Below, piece after piece: positions 41,707 to 50,887 of a stretch of DNA of 64,000 nt. The stretch comes from Candidatus Thorarchaeota archaeon. Lineage in GTDB: Archaea > Asgardarchaeota > Thorarchaeia > Thorarchaeales > Thorarchaeaceae. How positions within the stretch are numbered: the first letter of the stretch is position 1; every line of letters starts with the position of its first letter. The stretch spans positions 106 to 64,105 of the forward strand of contig SDNZ01000002.1 of assembly GCA_004524565.1 (NCBI GenBank), in the 5' to 3' direction. The notes below the pieces were generated by a model. The model worked only from the letters and a program-made list of their open reading frames with translations, was not told the origin of the DNA and made no database searches. Both the position numbers and the translations under genes were made by a program.

Positions 41707-41841
41707 CCTCTCTCCTCCGTTTGTTGGTACCGGACATGACCGCCAGTATTCACTGCCAAGTCATTGTACCGATGACAGTCTCCCGGGACCCACAAAAAAC
41801 AATTTGGGAAAATTCTCTTTTAATACTTCTGAGTTTCCGTT

Positions 41842-42774
41842 CTACGTGGTTTGCTCGTGACCTTTTTCTGTAATGATGATTGTATGTTCATGCTGTGAAA
41901 CAAATTCACCCTTTTCCTCAGTCAAGATGCTATGTCCAAAGAGTGCACCGTTCTGTCGCAACTCTTTGATTGCCATTTTGAGGGTGGCATGCTTCATACG
42001 TTCAGCTAACCATCGTTCTGCAAAGGGAAACTCTTTGTACTCTTTTCTGGCGATACCAAGGAATTGTTTTGATCCCTTGAATCGCACTGGCACTCTAACT
42101 GGTAGAAGTTGATATATTGTAGGATTGGGCAGGTCCGTAATATTCCCTGAACCTGTGCTAGCAAAAGTTTCGACTGCGTAGACTTCGCCTTCTTCAACAA
42201 GAACCTCTGATTTACCGCTCACACATGGTACCTGCTTTTCAGCATGAAGTTCATACTCTTTCAATTGATGTCCTGTAAGCTGTTTGATTGGTTGAAAACC
42301 TGCACTTGTAATAGTGTCCTCAATGAGTGCACCAATCGTATTTAGTTTTGCACCAGGTCTCATCATTCGTATTGCTACTTTTGTCGCAGTTTCCGCTGCT
42401 TTGACTAGTTCTTGATGGTCCGGATTGAGTGCAACAGTAAAAGCAGTGTCTGCAATGCAGCCATCTACATGGGACCCACAATCAACAGTCACAAGGTCTC
42501 CCTCTTCTATCACGGTCTCATCATTGAGAGGAGATGTATAATGAGCTGCAATTTGGTTCAGTGAAACGTTACAGGGAAATGATGTGCCAGATGAGTTTGC
42601 ACGGATGTGATCTTCGACAACATTGATGATGTCAAGTACCTTTGTGCCAGGCTCGATCATTGGACGCGCTAGAGCAAGGGCCTCTTTAGCAACAACTCCA
42701 GCACGACGCCACTTGTCCCAATTGTCTACTACTTCTTCATCAGTTCCAGTTTCTTTGGGCTTTTCTTCTGACAC
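41842..42774 (-). CDS. map: Methionine aminopeptidase, type 2
   Basis: 310 aa. Pita-bread fold with the type-2 insertion. Metal-ligand context VTVDCGSHVDGCIADTA, LTGHQL, YAVETFAS, QHEHTIIIT. Confidence 0.9.
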   Translation of the reverse strand: MSEEKPKETGTDEEVVDNWDKWRRAGVVAKEALALARPMIEPGTKVLDIINVVEDHIRANSSGTSFPCNVSLNQIAAHYTSPLNDETVIEEGDLVTVDCGSHVDGCIADTAFTVALNPDHQELVKAAETATKVAIRMMRPGAKLNTIGALIEDTITSAGFQPIKQLTGHQLKEYELHAEKQVPCVSGKSEVLVEEGEVYAVETFASTGSGNITDLPNPTIYQLLPVRVPVRFKGSKQFLGIARKEYKEFPFAERWLAERMKHATLKMAIKELRQNGALFGHSILTEEKGEFVSQHEHTIIITEKGHEQTT

Positions 42775-42838
42775 AATTGTTCACTGTCCTTATTGGTCCT
42801 AATTTAGTGGATAGATAAAAGTGACGATGGGACAATAC

Positions 42839-43234
42839 TTAGGAAAGTACCTGTTCAATTCGTCGTGCGGTTCTAGACATTGAGAAGAACATGTATCCTA
42901 TATTGGCTCGTTTATTCGTGAGAACAACCAGAATCGCGTCTGCTCCTGCATCACATATGATGATATACCCGCTCTCACCTTCGATAAGCATCCTGACTAA
43001 AGGTCCACGCTTAAGTTGTTTGAACACTTTTCGAGTGGCTTCTTGAATCTGTGTTGACCTTCCAGCGATTACATCTTCTTCAGGGATCTTTTTGTCATCA
43101 AAGCCATCCGGATAGTGGGAATGGATTGTCAGCCCTTGCGATTTTGATATAATTGCACTAGCTTCCACATTTCCTTGGGAGGCTCTACTCAAATCTAAAA
43201 GAAGTTCTTTCAACATTTCAGTCTTCGATGACAC
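42839..43234 (-). CDS. Roadblock/LC7 (MglB-like) domain protein
   Basis: 131 aa. ...GNVEASAIISKSQGLTIHS...RMLIEGESGYIIICDAGADAILVVLTNKRANIGYMFFSM is the typical roadblock strand/helix pattern. Confidence 0.75.
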   Translation of the reverse strand: MSSKTEMLKELLLDLSRASQGNVEASAIISKSQGLTIHSHYPDGFDDKKIPEEDVIAGRSTQIQEATRKVFKQLKRGPLVRMLIEGESGYIIICDAGADAILVVLTNKRANIGYMFFSMSRTARRIEQVLS

Positions 43235-43284
43235 GGGTTTGAAAACCTCCCAATGAGTCGAGCATCAAAAGGGGTGCCAAGTAT

Positions 43285-44058
43285 TTAAACTCTCTTGGCG
43301 CCTGCTTCCTTGAGACCTTTAACTATCTTCTTGAGACCTTCGCCTTTATCCTGTTGCACTTGCTTTTCGATGTAAGTTCCTTGAACAACAATCGAAGCTC
43401 CTGCATTTACAGCATTCACAACGGATTCTTTGTCGTTAAAGCCACCACCTGTTATAACCGGTATCTCAATGAATTGAGAAACTGTTCTAATCATCTCTGG
43501 TGGCACTCCTCCACCCTCTGCACCACTCCCTGCTTCAAGGTATACAAGTTTCATTCCCAGTAGCTCTGCAGCAATTGCATACATTGCAGGTAACTTTGGT
43601 TTGTCTCGAAGGAATGGTTTAGCATCTCCTACCCATGCGGCAGTCTTTCCAGGTGCTACCATCAGATATGCCATGGCTATTGCTTCTATCCCTGTCATTT
43701 TGACCTTTGGAGCAGCAAGTGCCTGTGCTCCAATGATCCAGTATGGATTGGTGCTATTCAACAGAGACATGAAGAACATTGCATCCGCATGTTCCGATAC
43801 ACCAGTAATATTTCCTGGAAAGAGAATTGTAGGAATCTCTACAGCTTCACTAATTTTTGCAACAGCCTCATCAATGACCCCAAAGATGGTACTTCCTCCC
43901 ACCATAATGGCATCACTCCCTGCCTTCTCTACTAATATTGCTTGTTCGACAACATTCGCAATACTAGTCGAAAGCGGATCTGGATCAAGTAGTGAGAAGT
44001 GGCAAGCGCCATCTGATGCAATCTTTTCTGTGATGTATTTCCATACCTTTCCAGACAT
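43285..44058 (-). CDS. Geranylgeranylglyceryl phosphate synthase (PcrB/GGGPS family)
   Basis: HFSLLDPD, MVGGST, LEAGSGAEGG, ITGGGF. The ORF track extends to 44178, but the ATG at 44058 has GGAGG 7 nt upstream and gives a family-typical length. Confidence 0.85.
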   Translation of the reverse strand: MSGKVWKYITEKIASDGACHFSLLDPDPLSTSIANVVEQAILVEKAGSDAIMVGGSTIFGVIDEAVAKISEAVEIPTILFPGNITGVSEHADAMFFMSLLNSTNPYWIIGAQALAAPKVKMTGIEAIAMAYLMVAPGKTAAWVGDAKPFLRDKPKLPAMYAIAAELLGMKLVYLEAGSGAEGGGVPPEMIRTVSQFIEIPVITGGGFNDKESVVNAVNAGASIVVQGTYIEKQVQQDKGEGLKKIVKGLKEAGAKRV

Positions 44059-44306
44059 GGTGTAACCTCCAACTGTATGTGTCTTCGGTCCCGTCTGGCT
44101 TTTTACGGTTGTGGTGATGCTCTTGTCTTTGATTAGAACAGAATTCCTCTTGGCAATTGTGTGAGTATTGTCTAACATAACTATATCAAAGTCAGCTCCC
44201 GAAACACTTTATTGCACTAGCTCGACGGCGCAGGTATCCGATGGAATCAGTATGAACAATACTTTGCCATCGAAAATATAGGCTGGATTGAATTCGAGGA
44301 TTAAAT

Positions 44307-46280
44307 ATGTCTGAAAAGAAGATTGGTGTCTTCATCTGCCACTGTGGAAGTAATATTGCTGGCGTTGTTGATATCGAAAAAGTATTGGAAGCCATCCGTG
44401 AGTTACCAAATGTTGAGGTGACTGAAGACTACAAGTATGTCTGCTCCAAGCCCGGTCAACAGATTCTGAAAGATCATATCAAGAGTAGTCGACTTGATGG
44501 TATTGTCATCGCTGCATGTAGTCCTCGTATGCACGAACCAACATTTAGGCAGGCTATGCGAGAGGCTGGTCTCAATCCTTACCTTTTGGAGATTGCTAAC
44601 ATTCGAGAACACGACTCTTGGATTCATTCAGACGATCCTGAAGCAGCCACCGAGAAGGCAATCGATCTTGTTAGAATGGCTATTGCACGAGCAAGACTTC
44701 TTGTACCTCTTGATGAACCAGAAGTCACGATAAAGAAGTCCACTCTTATTATTGGAGCGGGGATTGCTGGAATCAGCGCAGCTCTTGATCTTGCGAATGC
44801 TGGATTCAAAGTTCACTTAGTTGAGAGGGAACCCAGTATTGGCGGCAAGATGGCTCGCTGGGACAAGACATTTCCTACCCTTGATTGCTCTAGCTGTATT
44901 CTTACACCTCGTATGGCTGAGGTCGGAGCACATCCCAATATTGACCTTATCACCTTGGCTGAAGTTGAATCCGTTGATGGATTTGTTGGGAACTTCAAAG
45001 TAAAGATTAGACAAAGTCCAAGGTATGTTGACCTTGAAACCTGTACGTCATGTGGTGACTGCAGTGAAATTTGTCCTGTTGATATCCCTGCCGCTTTCGA
45101 AGCTCAATTATCCTACAGGAAGGCGATTTACATCCCCTTTGCACAAGCAGTTCCATCTGCATACCTTCTTGACATGGACAATTGTTTGGGTGTTGATGCA
45201 GTTCGGTGTGGTAAGTGCAAGGACAAATGCGAAGCCGGCGCAATCAATTATGATGACAAGGAGAAAATCATCGAGATTGAAGTTGGCACAATTATCGTTT
45301 CTACAGGATTTGAGTTATTTGATGCAACTAAGAAGCCAGAGTATGGTTATGGTGAGTTTTCTAATGTTGTTAACATAGGTGAGGTTGAGCGCATGCTCAG
45401 TTCAGCCGGTCCTACACAGGGTCACATTGTAAGACCCTCAGATCTTGCAAAACCCAAGAAAATAGTCTATGTCCAGTGTGTCGGAAGTCGTGATGAACTC
45501 ACCAACAAGTACTGCTCCCGAGTATGTTGCATGACTGCAATCAAACAGGCTCGCATGATTCGTGATAAGACTGGAATTGCTGTTTACATCTTCTATATCG
45601 ATCTCAGAACCTTTGGAAAAGGTTACGAAGAATTTTATGAGAGCACAGCAAAAGCAGGTGTTACTTTCATTCGTGGAAGAGTTGGAGAGATCTTCCAAGA
45701 TGACGAGACCCAGAGTTTGATTGTTCGAGGTGAGGACACTCTGCTTGGAAAACCAATCCAGTTGACTGGTGTGGATCTTGTTGTTCTCTCAACTGGCGTT
45801 GTTGCACCTGATTCAACAAAGAAAGTTGCACATGCACTGAATCTTAGTGTATCACCTGACGGATTCCTGTTAGAAGCCCACCCCAAACTTCGTCCTGTTG
45901 ATTCATTTAATGATGGTATCTTTGTGGCTGGAATGGCACAGGGTCCCAAGGATATTCCTGATACAGTGGCTCAAGCAAAAGCTGCAGCTTCTGGTGCAAT
46001 GGCACTCATGGGCAAAGGAAAGATCAACGTTGATCCATACTTCTCTGTCGTTAATGAGGACAAGTGTGCAGGCTGCCAAGTCTGTATCTCTGTCTGCCCC
46101 TACAATGCAATATCACTGAATGAGCGAGGTCATGCAGAGATCAATCCCGCATTGTGCAAGGGTTGTGGAACCTGTACATCAACATGTGCAAGTGGCGCAA
46201 TTGCTTCACAACATTATACAGACGGACAGATTGCAGCCATGATAACAGAATACCTAGCAGCTCGAGAGGAATCCTCGTAG
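44307..46280 (+). CDS. hdrA: Heterodisulfide reductase subunit A (HdrA)-like flavo-FeS protein
   Basis: 657 aa. N-terminal FICHCGSNIAG, FAD motif IIGAGIAGISAALDLA, DKTFPTLDCSSCILTPRM, ferredoxin motifs CTSCGDCSEICP, CAGCQVCISVCP, CKGCGTCTSTC, and YCSRVCCM. The frame is uninterrupted (Cys form, no in-frame TGA). Confidence 0.9.
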   Translation: MSEKKIGVFICHCGSNIAGVVDIEKVLEAIRELPNVEVTEDYKYVCSKPGQQILKDHIKSSRLDGIVIAACSPRMHEPTFRQAMREAGLNPYLLEIANIREHDSWIHSDDPEAATEKAIDLVRMAIARARLLVPLDEPEVTIKKSTLIIGAGIAGISAALDLANAGFKVHLVEREPSIGGKMARWDKTFPTLDCSSCILTPRMAEVGAHPNIDLITLAEVESVDGFVGNFKVKIRQSPRYVDLETCTSCGDCSEICPVDIPAAFEAQLSYRKAIYIPFAQAVPSAYLLDMDNCLGVDAVRCGKCKDKCEAGAINYDDKEKIIEIEVGTIIVSTGFELFDATKKPEYGYGEFSNVVNIGEVERMLSSAGPTQGHIVRPSDLAKPKKIVYVQCVGSRDELTNKYCSRVCCMTAIKQARMIRDKTGIAVYIFYIDLRTFGKGYEEFYESTAKAGVTFIRGRVGEIFQDDETQSLIVRGEDTLLGKPIQLTGVDLVVLSTGVVAPDSTKKVAHALNLSVSPDGFLLEAHPKLRPVDSFNDGIFVAGMAQGPKDIPDTVAQAKAAASGAMALMGKGKINVDPYFSVVNEDKCAGCQVCISVCPYNAISLNERGHAEINPALCKGCGTCTSTCASGAIASQHYTDGQIAAMITEYLAAREESS

Positions 46281-46327
46281 GTAAGAAGTTATCTTGCAGA
46301 AAGTTTGTCAGAGAGATAGTGGAGAAT

Positions 46328-46948
46328 ATGAACGACATAACCGTGGCTATCCTTGCAGGTGGTTCTTCAAAGCGCTTTGGATCCGATAAAGCATTAGCAG
46401 AGTTCCAAGGAAAACCACTCATTTTACATATGTTGGATATTGCCAAACGAATTTCCTCCACTATTCTTGTTGTGGTTTCAGATGAAGAACAGGGGAATCG
46501 TCTGGACCCATATGTAAAGAATGCAAAGATTGTCATCGATCCTGAAGGAGAACCAAAGTGTGCTTTAACAGGCGCACTCACTGCTTTTGAGCATACAGAA
46601 ACCACCCACGTCATTCTATTACCAGTTGACACTCCTTTGGCCGAACCTGAGCTCCTCAAGATGCTTATTCGACTTAGTCCAGGACATGGTGCTGTTATTC
46701 CATCCTGGCCTTCTGGTTACATTGAACCACTTCATTCAGTATACCATGCAGAGCATGCATATGCTCTTGGCTTGGACATCATGGAGCAAGGACTCCGTCG
46801 GATGAGCGACCTTCTTGATAGGATTCAACATGTTCTCTATGTATCCACAGAGACTCTCAATCAGTTTGATCCTGATCTAGACACTTTTGTTAATTTCAAT
46901 ACTCTCAAGGAATTAAAAGATGCAGAGAGGAAAAGAACTCGTAGGTAA
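46328..46948 (+). CDS. mobA: Molybdenum/tungsten cofactor guanylyltransferase (MobA-like)
   Basis: The N-terminus MNDITVAILAGGSSKRFGSDKAL...GKPL fits MobA. The ORF track start at 46154 would overlap hdrA; ATG 46328 is preferred. Confidence 0.8.
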   Translation: MNDITVAILAGGSSKRFGSDKALAEFQGKPLILHMLDIAKRISSTILVVVSDEEQGNRLDPYVKNAKIVIDPEGEPKCALTGALTAFEHTETTHVILLPVDTPLAEPELLKMLIRLSPGHGAVIPSWPSGYIEPLHSVYHAEHAYALGLDIMEQGLRRMSDLLDRIQHVLYVSTETLNQFDPDLDTFVNFNTLKELKDAERKRTRR

Positions 46949-47131
46949 TTATTACTAACTGTCTGTTGGAACACAAGAGTCCTTTTGTTACTTCACTCCC
47001 AATTGTATAACGTGGGAGAGTTCTGCACTCTTCAACCATTGTCGTTAGATGCCCCCAGATTCCAAAAACGGACCCTTCTCTCCTTTTTATCACTCTGGAG
47101 TGTGTGCAAACTCTCCCTCTTATTTCTAAAT

Positions 47132-48220
47132 CTATACATCAACATTCTCATAACGGATTCTACAGGTGCCTTCATGACCAACCATACAGGGACCATAAGG
47201 ATCCATTGGAGTGCATCGTTTTCCAAATAACTTGCAATCTACTGGGTCGACCATTCCTAAGATAACTTCATGACATCTGCACCCTGGAAGAAGGTCTATC
47301 GATTCTATTTCAGGAAAGTCAAATTTAACTCTTGCATCATGTTCTGCAAATTCTTTCCTGATGAAGTAACCTGACTTTGGAATAATCCCGAGACCTCTCC
47401 ATGGTGCATCATCGATACGGAATGCTTGATTCAGAACTTTCTGTGCTGCAATATTCCCTTCAGGTCGAACAACGCGTGTGTACTCATTCTCGGAATCTGC
47501 TCTCCCTTCATCAAGCTGAACCAAAATCATCCTGATGGCTTCTAGAACATCAAGTGGTTCGAAGCCCGCAGCAACACATGGAGTCTTGGTTTTTTCAGCA
47601 AAAGATTGGAATGCATTTGTCCCAACAATTGCGGCTACATGACCTGGAGTTATGAATCCATCAACATCGAATCCCTCTATATCCACAAGCAGATCCATTG
47701 CTGGAGGAATAACTTTGAGAGAGGTCAATATCGAGAAGTTAGATGGTGGTCTTCGAATCAGCTCAAGTGCCATTGTAGGTGCAGTGGTTTCAAAACCTGC
47801 TCCAATAAATACAACTTCTTTTTCTGGATTCTTTTTTGAAATCTCTACGGCTTCACTGACTCCATATACAATTCGAACATCAGCACCCTTTACGCGTTCT
47901 TTTGCGAGTGAGGATTTTGTTGAAGGGACTTGAAACATATCGCCAAAAGTCGCGATGATATGCCCTTGGCGAGCCAGTTCAATAGCCATATCTACATCTT
48001 CTGCTGCACATACGCAAACAGGACATCCTGGACCAGCTACCAGATTGAGCCCTTCTGGGAGAAGCGCTCTGAGTCCATGCTGACTTATTGTATCTTCATG
48101 TGTTCCACAGACATGAATTATACGCAGTTGCTTCCCTTTAGCTCGAAACTTGATCTCTTTGGTGATTGCTTCAGCATATCTAGGGTCTCTAAATCCAGCA
48201 GTTCCACTCATAGGTATCAA
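47132..48220 (-). CDS. hypD: [NiFe]-hydrogenase maturation factor HypD
   Basis: 362 aa. Motifs HVCGTHEDTI, GPGCPVCV, GFETTAP, PGHV, and C-terminal Cys residues. Confidence 0.9.
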   Translation of the reverse strand: MIPMSGTAGFRDPRYAEAITKEIKFRAKGKQLRIIHVCGTHEDTISQHGLRALLPEGLNLVAGPGCPVCVCAAEDVDMAIELARQGHIIATFGDMFQVPSTKSSLAKERVKGADVRIVYGVSEAVEISKKNPEKEVVFIGAGFETTAPTMALELIRRPPSNFSILTSLKVIPPAMDLLVDIEGFDVDGFITPGHVAAIVGTNAFQSFAEKTKTPCVAAGFEPLDVLEAIRMILVQLDEGRADSENEYTRVVRPEGNIAAQKVLNQAFRIDDAPWRGLGIIPKSGYFIRKEFAEHDARVKFDFPEIESIDLLPGCRCHEVILGMVDPVDCKLFGKRCTPMDPYGPCMVGHEGTCRIRYENVDV

Positions 48221-48273
48221 ACCTACTCCGTGCTCAACGGATGTGCATAAAAATAACGACTTATGGCTCTTAC

Positions 48274-48606
48274 TTATTTTGAAGGAATCTCATAACCTTC
48301 AAGAATTGCTAGGGCTTCCCCAACAGTAATGGAAAGTTTACCCGCGAGTTCCTTTGGTGTAATCTTTGGGTTTTGAGGAATTATCTTACTGTGGGCATAG
48401 CCAGCTCGATTTGGAAACAACGGATTGTTTCTGGCAGTTTCAATAAGGATAGACCATAGTGGATGACCCTTGAAATCTGCTACATCGATGTCAATAGTTC
48501 TACCTGACTCGTATTTGACTGATCTCACATTCGGTATGTCCGAACTGTCTGTTTTCTTGTCTCTGGTTTGCTTATCTAGTCTGTCCTGTTTCACAGCAGA
48601 GTCCAT
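48274..48606 (-). CDS. Hypothetical protein
   Basis: 110 aa. The C-terminal ITPKELAGKLSITVGEALAILEGY could be an HTH. Weak. Confidence 0.4.
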   Translation of the reverse strand: MDSAVKQDRLDKQTRDKKTDSSDIPNVRSVKYESGRTIDIDVADFKGHPLWSILIETARNNPLFPNRAGYAHSKIIPQNPKITPKELAGKLSITVGEALAILEGYEIPSK

Positions 48607-48846
48607 CCTGAATATTCCCGGCGTACCTCAAAAGAGTTGAGGACAATGTTGTATTTCACTTGAACTTGATATAAGCCTTCGGGAATTGTACTCATTGTAT
48701 GGAAAAATCGCGCCATGTGACAGGTCCCTCGAAAAAACACACCTCTCTTCCAATTTAGTTCCCATTAGTAAGGTTTAACAAGTAAGCTCTAAAAGCATCT
48801 ATTTAGAAAAATATGACCATACGGTCAAACATGGGGAATGTAATTA

Positions 48847-49143
48847 TTGCCTCACGGCATACGTAGAATTGTACTGGACGTTTTGAAACCGCACAGTCCG
48901 CGATTGACGGACCTTGCAATAATGTTGACACGAGACGAACGTGTGAGTGGTCTGAATATTTCATTGAAAGAAGTAGACCAGAACACAGAGAGCATCACAA
49001 TCACTGTTGAAGGAGATGACCTGCGTTTTGATACTATCAAGGAAATACTAGAGCAAGCTGGTGCAGTCATTCACTCGATAGACCAAGTAGTTGCTGGTCG
49101 GATATTTGTAGAAGAGGTAACCCTTCAACCAGAGAACTCCTAA
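48847..49143 (+). CDS. DUF211-like (COG1888-type) small archaeal protein
   Basis: 98 aa. IRRIVLDVLKPHSPRLTDLA...GLNISLKEVDQNTESITITVEGDDL.FD.IKEILEQAGAVIHSID matches my recollection of this family. TTG start. Confidence 0.65.
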   Translation: MPHGIRRIVLDVLKPHSPRLTDLAIMLTRDERVSGLNISLKEVDQNTESITITVEGDDLRFDTIKEILEQAGAVIHSIDQVVAGRIFVEEVTLQPENS

Positions 49144-49148
49144 AAGTA

Positions 49149-49763
49149 CTATCGTCTGCTGATTTGGTCTGAGAGATACTTACTCTCAACCTCTATCTTA
49201 CGACGAACCAGATTATAGATTTCTTGTTCAAATACCGCAGGGACTATTTTAACGACATTGCAGAGCTGGTCTACTATTTTCTCTGCGAGATGTTCTGGAG
49301 CTTCAACGTTTCTACTGATGATACTTTTAACAACCTCTTCACCAACACTTGCACGAACAACAGAATCTAGAACACTAGCAATGATTCCCTGAGGATCCAT
49401 GAAAAATGGTAACAGTGTATTATCGTGAAGTACGGAGAATCCTAATTTCTCACAGATACTCTCTGTATACCATTCCAGACTTGATTCTTTCATCATAAGT
49501 TTAGAGGCAAAGTTTGACTTGGTAAGTGGGTTTGGATGACTCCATGGATGTCTTGTTACAATGTAGAGTGCCGCCGAGAAGAAGGGATCTTCCTCTCTTG
49601 GAATACCCTCACGTGATATGAACCGTCGCACCAGATCTAGTGCCATCTTTTCATATCTACTCTCAATTTTCTTTTCTTTGTAAAACTCATGAGCATTAAG
49701 CACCATCGATACAATCACTTGAGGACTAACTGCCAAATCATCGTGCTCGTGGTGTGATGCCAT
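49149..49763 (-). CDS. Hypothetical helical protein (one segment is cyclin-box-like)
   Basis: 204 aa. ALDLVRRFISREGIPREEDPFFSAALYIVTRH...LTKSNFASKL loosely recalls a TFB/cyclin repeat. Weak. Confidence 0.45.
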   Translation of the reverse strand: MASHHEHDDLAVSPQVIVSMVLNAHEFYKEKKIESRYEKMALDLVRRFISREGIPREEDPFFSAALYIVTRHPWSHPNPLTKSNFASKLMMKESSLEWYTESICEKLGFSVLHDNTLLPFFMDPQGIIASVLDSVVRASVGEEVVKSIISRNVEAPEHLAEKIVDQLCNVVKIVPAVFEQEIYNLVRRKIEVESKYLSDQISRR

Positions 49764-49874
49764 CTGCTCCTCTCCGGACTTTCACTGAATGAGTTGTATC
49801 CCTAGAAATCTGCTTCCGTGTTATATTCTTTTGCAATGGAAGTGAAGGTCTGTTCTTATAGGCGCCACACTCAT

Positions 49875-50444
49875 TCATCTAGCACTGTAGGTCTTTTCCA
49901 GTGCCCATCGGAGTGCTGTATGTATCTCTTTTTGTCGAGCATCATCACCAATATTGCGAATTATCATTTCATCGAGAATATTGTCTTCCGCATTTACTTC
50001 GAAATCGAATGCATCCTCCCATTCGATCTCTCCATTTTCAACACGATGTCGATCTTCTTGTTGGAACTTTCCTAATATTCTTTCGAGAAAGAAACGAGCA
50101 AATGCTCCTCGAGTGATGTCATAGACTGCGTGTTCTGCCGGAATAATTCTCATTGTCTGCTCAATTGTTTCAACCATTCCAAGTTCAAGATTACCTGCTT
50201 TATTCATTATAGTAATTGTCTGTGATTCTCCTGTTTCAATAATCGAAGTTGGCCGAGCTGTGGTACCTTCTTTTGGGATTGCCGCATCAGCAGTTACAAA
50301 ACTACCTCTAGCAATTTGTGCATCAAGTGACTCAATGTGTACCTCTAATCTGGCAATCATATCCTTCAGTCTATCTATTTCTGAGTTCAATTCAGTTCGT
50401 ATTTTTAGAAGAACTTGGATCTCTGGATTCGACACTTCATACAC
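49875..50444 (-). CDS. Hypothetical protein with an N-terminal coiled coil
   Basis: 189 aa. The segment EIQVLLKIRTELNSEIDRLKDMIARLEVHIESLDAQI has a heptad pattern. Confidence 0.45.
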   Translation of the reverse strand: MYEVSNPEIQVLLKIRTELNSEIDRLKDMIARLEVHIESLDAQIARGSFVTADAAIPKEGTTARPTSIIETGESQTITIMNKAGNLELGMVETIEQTMRIIPAEHAVYDITRGAFARFFLERILGKFQQEDRHRVENGEIEWEDAFDFEVNAEDNILDEMIIRNIGDDARQKEIHTALRWALEKTYSAR

Positions 50445-50544
50445 CTTCTAGACTAATCAATTCAGCGTCTAATCATATATCTGTGCATGTATTATTTTAT
50501 CTCATTGAATCCGAGTCAAAAACAGGTAATTTGATTCGATAGCA

Positions 50545-50769
50545 CTAACTCTCTACTTCAACAACAGAAATCGCAAAATCTGGGCACTCCATCTCACAGA
50601 GGCGACAGACTACACATGCATCTAGATCTGCAACAACTGGTAGGTAGAAACCTCTATTATCTACCACATCTGCTTTCTTCAGCACACCGTGGGAACAAAC
50701 AGAGATACAAATATGGCAACCTTTGCACATTTTGGGGTCAACGTCTATCTGTTTTGCTTTTTTTGCCAT
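50545..50769 (-). CDS. 2x[4Fe-4S] ferredoxin
   Basis: 74 aa from ATG 50769: MAKKAKQIDVDPKMCKGCHICISVCSHGVL...CVVCRLCEMECPDFAI. The 129-aa ORF-track version adds an implausible N-terminal extension. Confidence 0.75.
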   Translation of the reverse strand: MAKKAKQIDVDPKMCKGCHICISVCSHGVLKKADVVDNRGFYLPVVADLDACVVCRLCEMECPDFAISVVEVES

Positions 50770-50887
50770 CGTAGCATTCCCAATTTCCACGCATTGTGCG
50801 CAAGATATAACCGTATTTATTTGACCAGAGAGATAGACCATTATATACTCAAGATAGTAGTAGTTTAGTGAAGGCGAGGTAGTCCTG

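Noticed and set aside
46141-46659. A 172-aa minus-strand ORF spanning the hdrA/mobA junction.
   Set aside because: It is antisense to two well-supported genes and has no motif.
49824-49877. The TGA stop of the 189-aa ORF (49875-50444) lies in the same frame as the downstream 204-aa ORF. I considered Sec read-through.
   Set aside because: Reading through gives only 17 more codons before a TAA, so the two ORFs cannot be joined.
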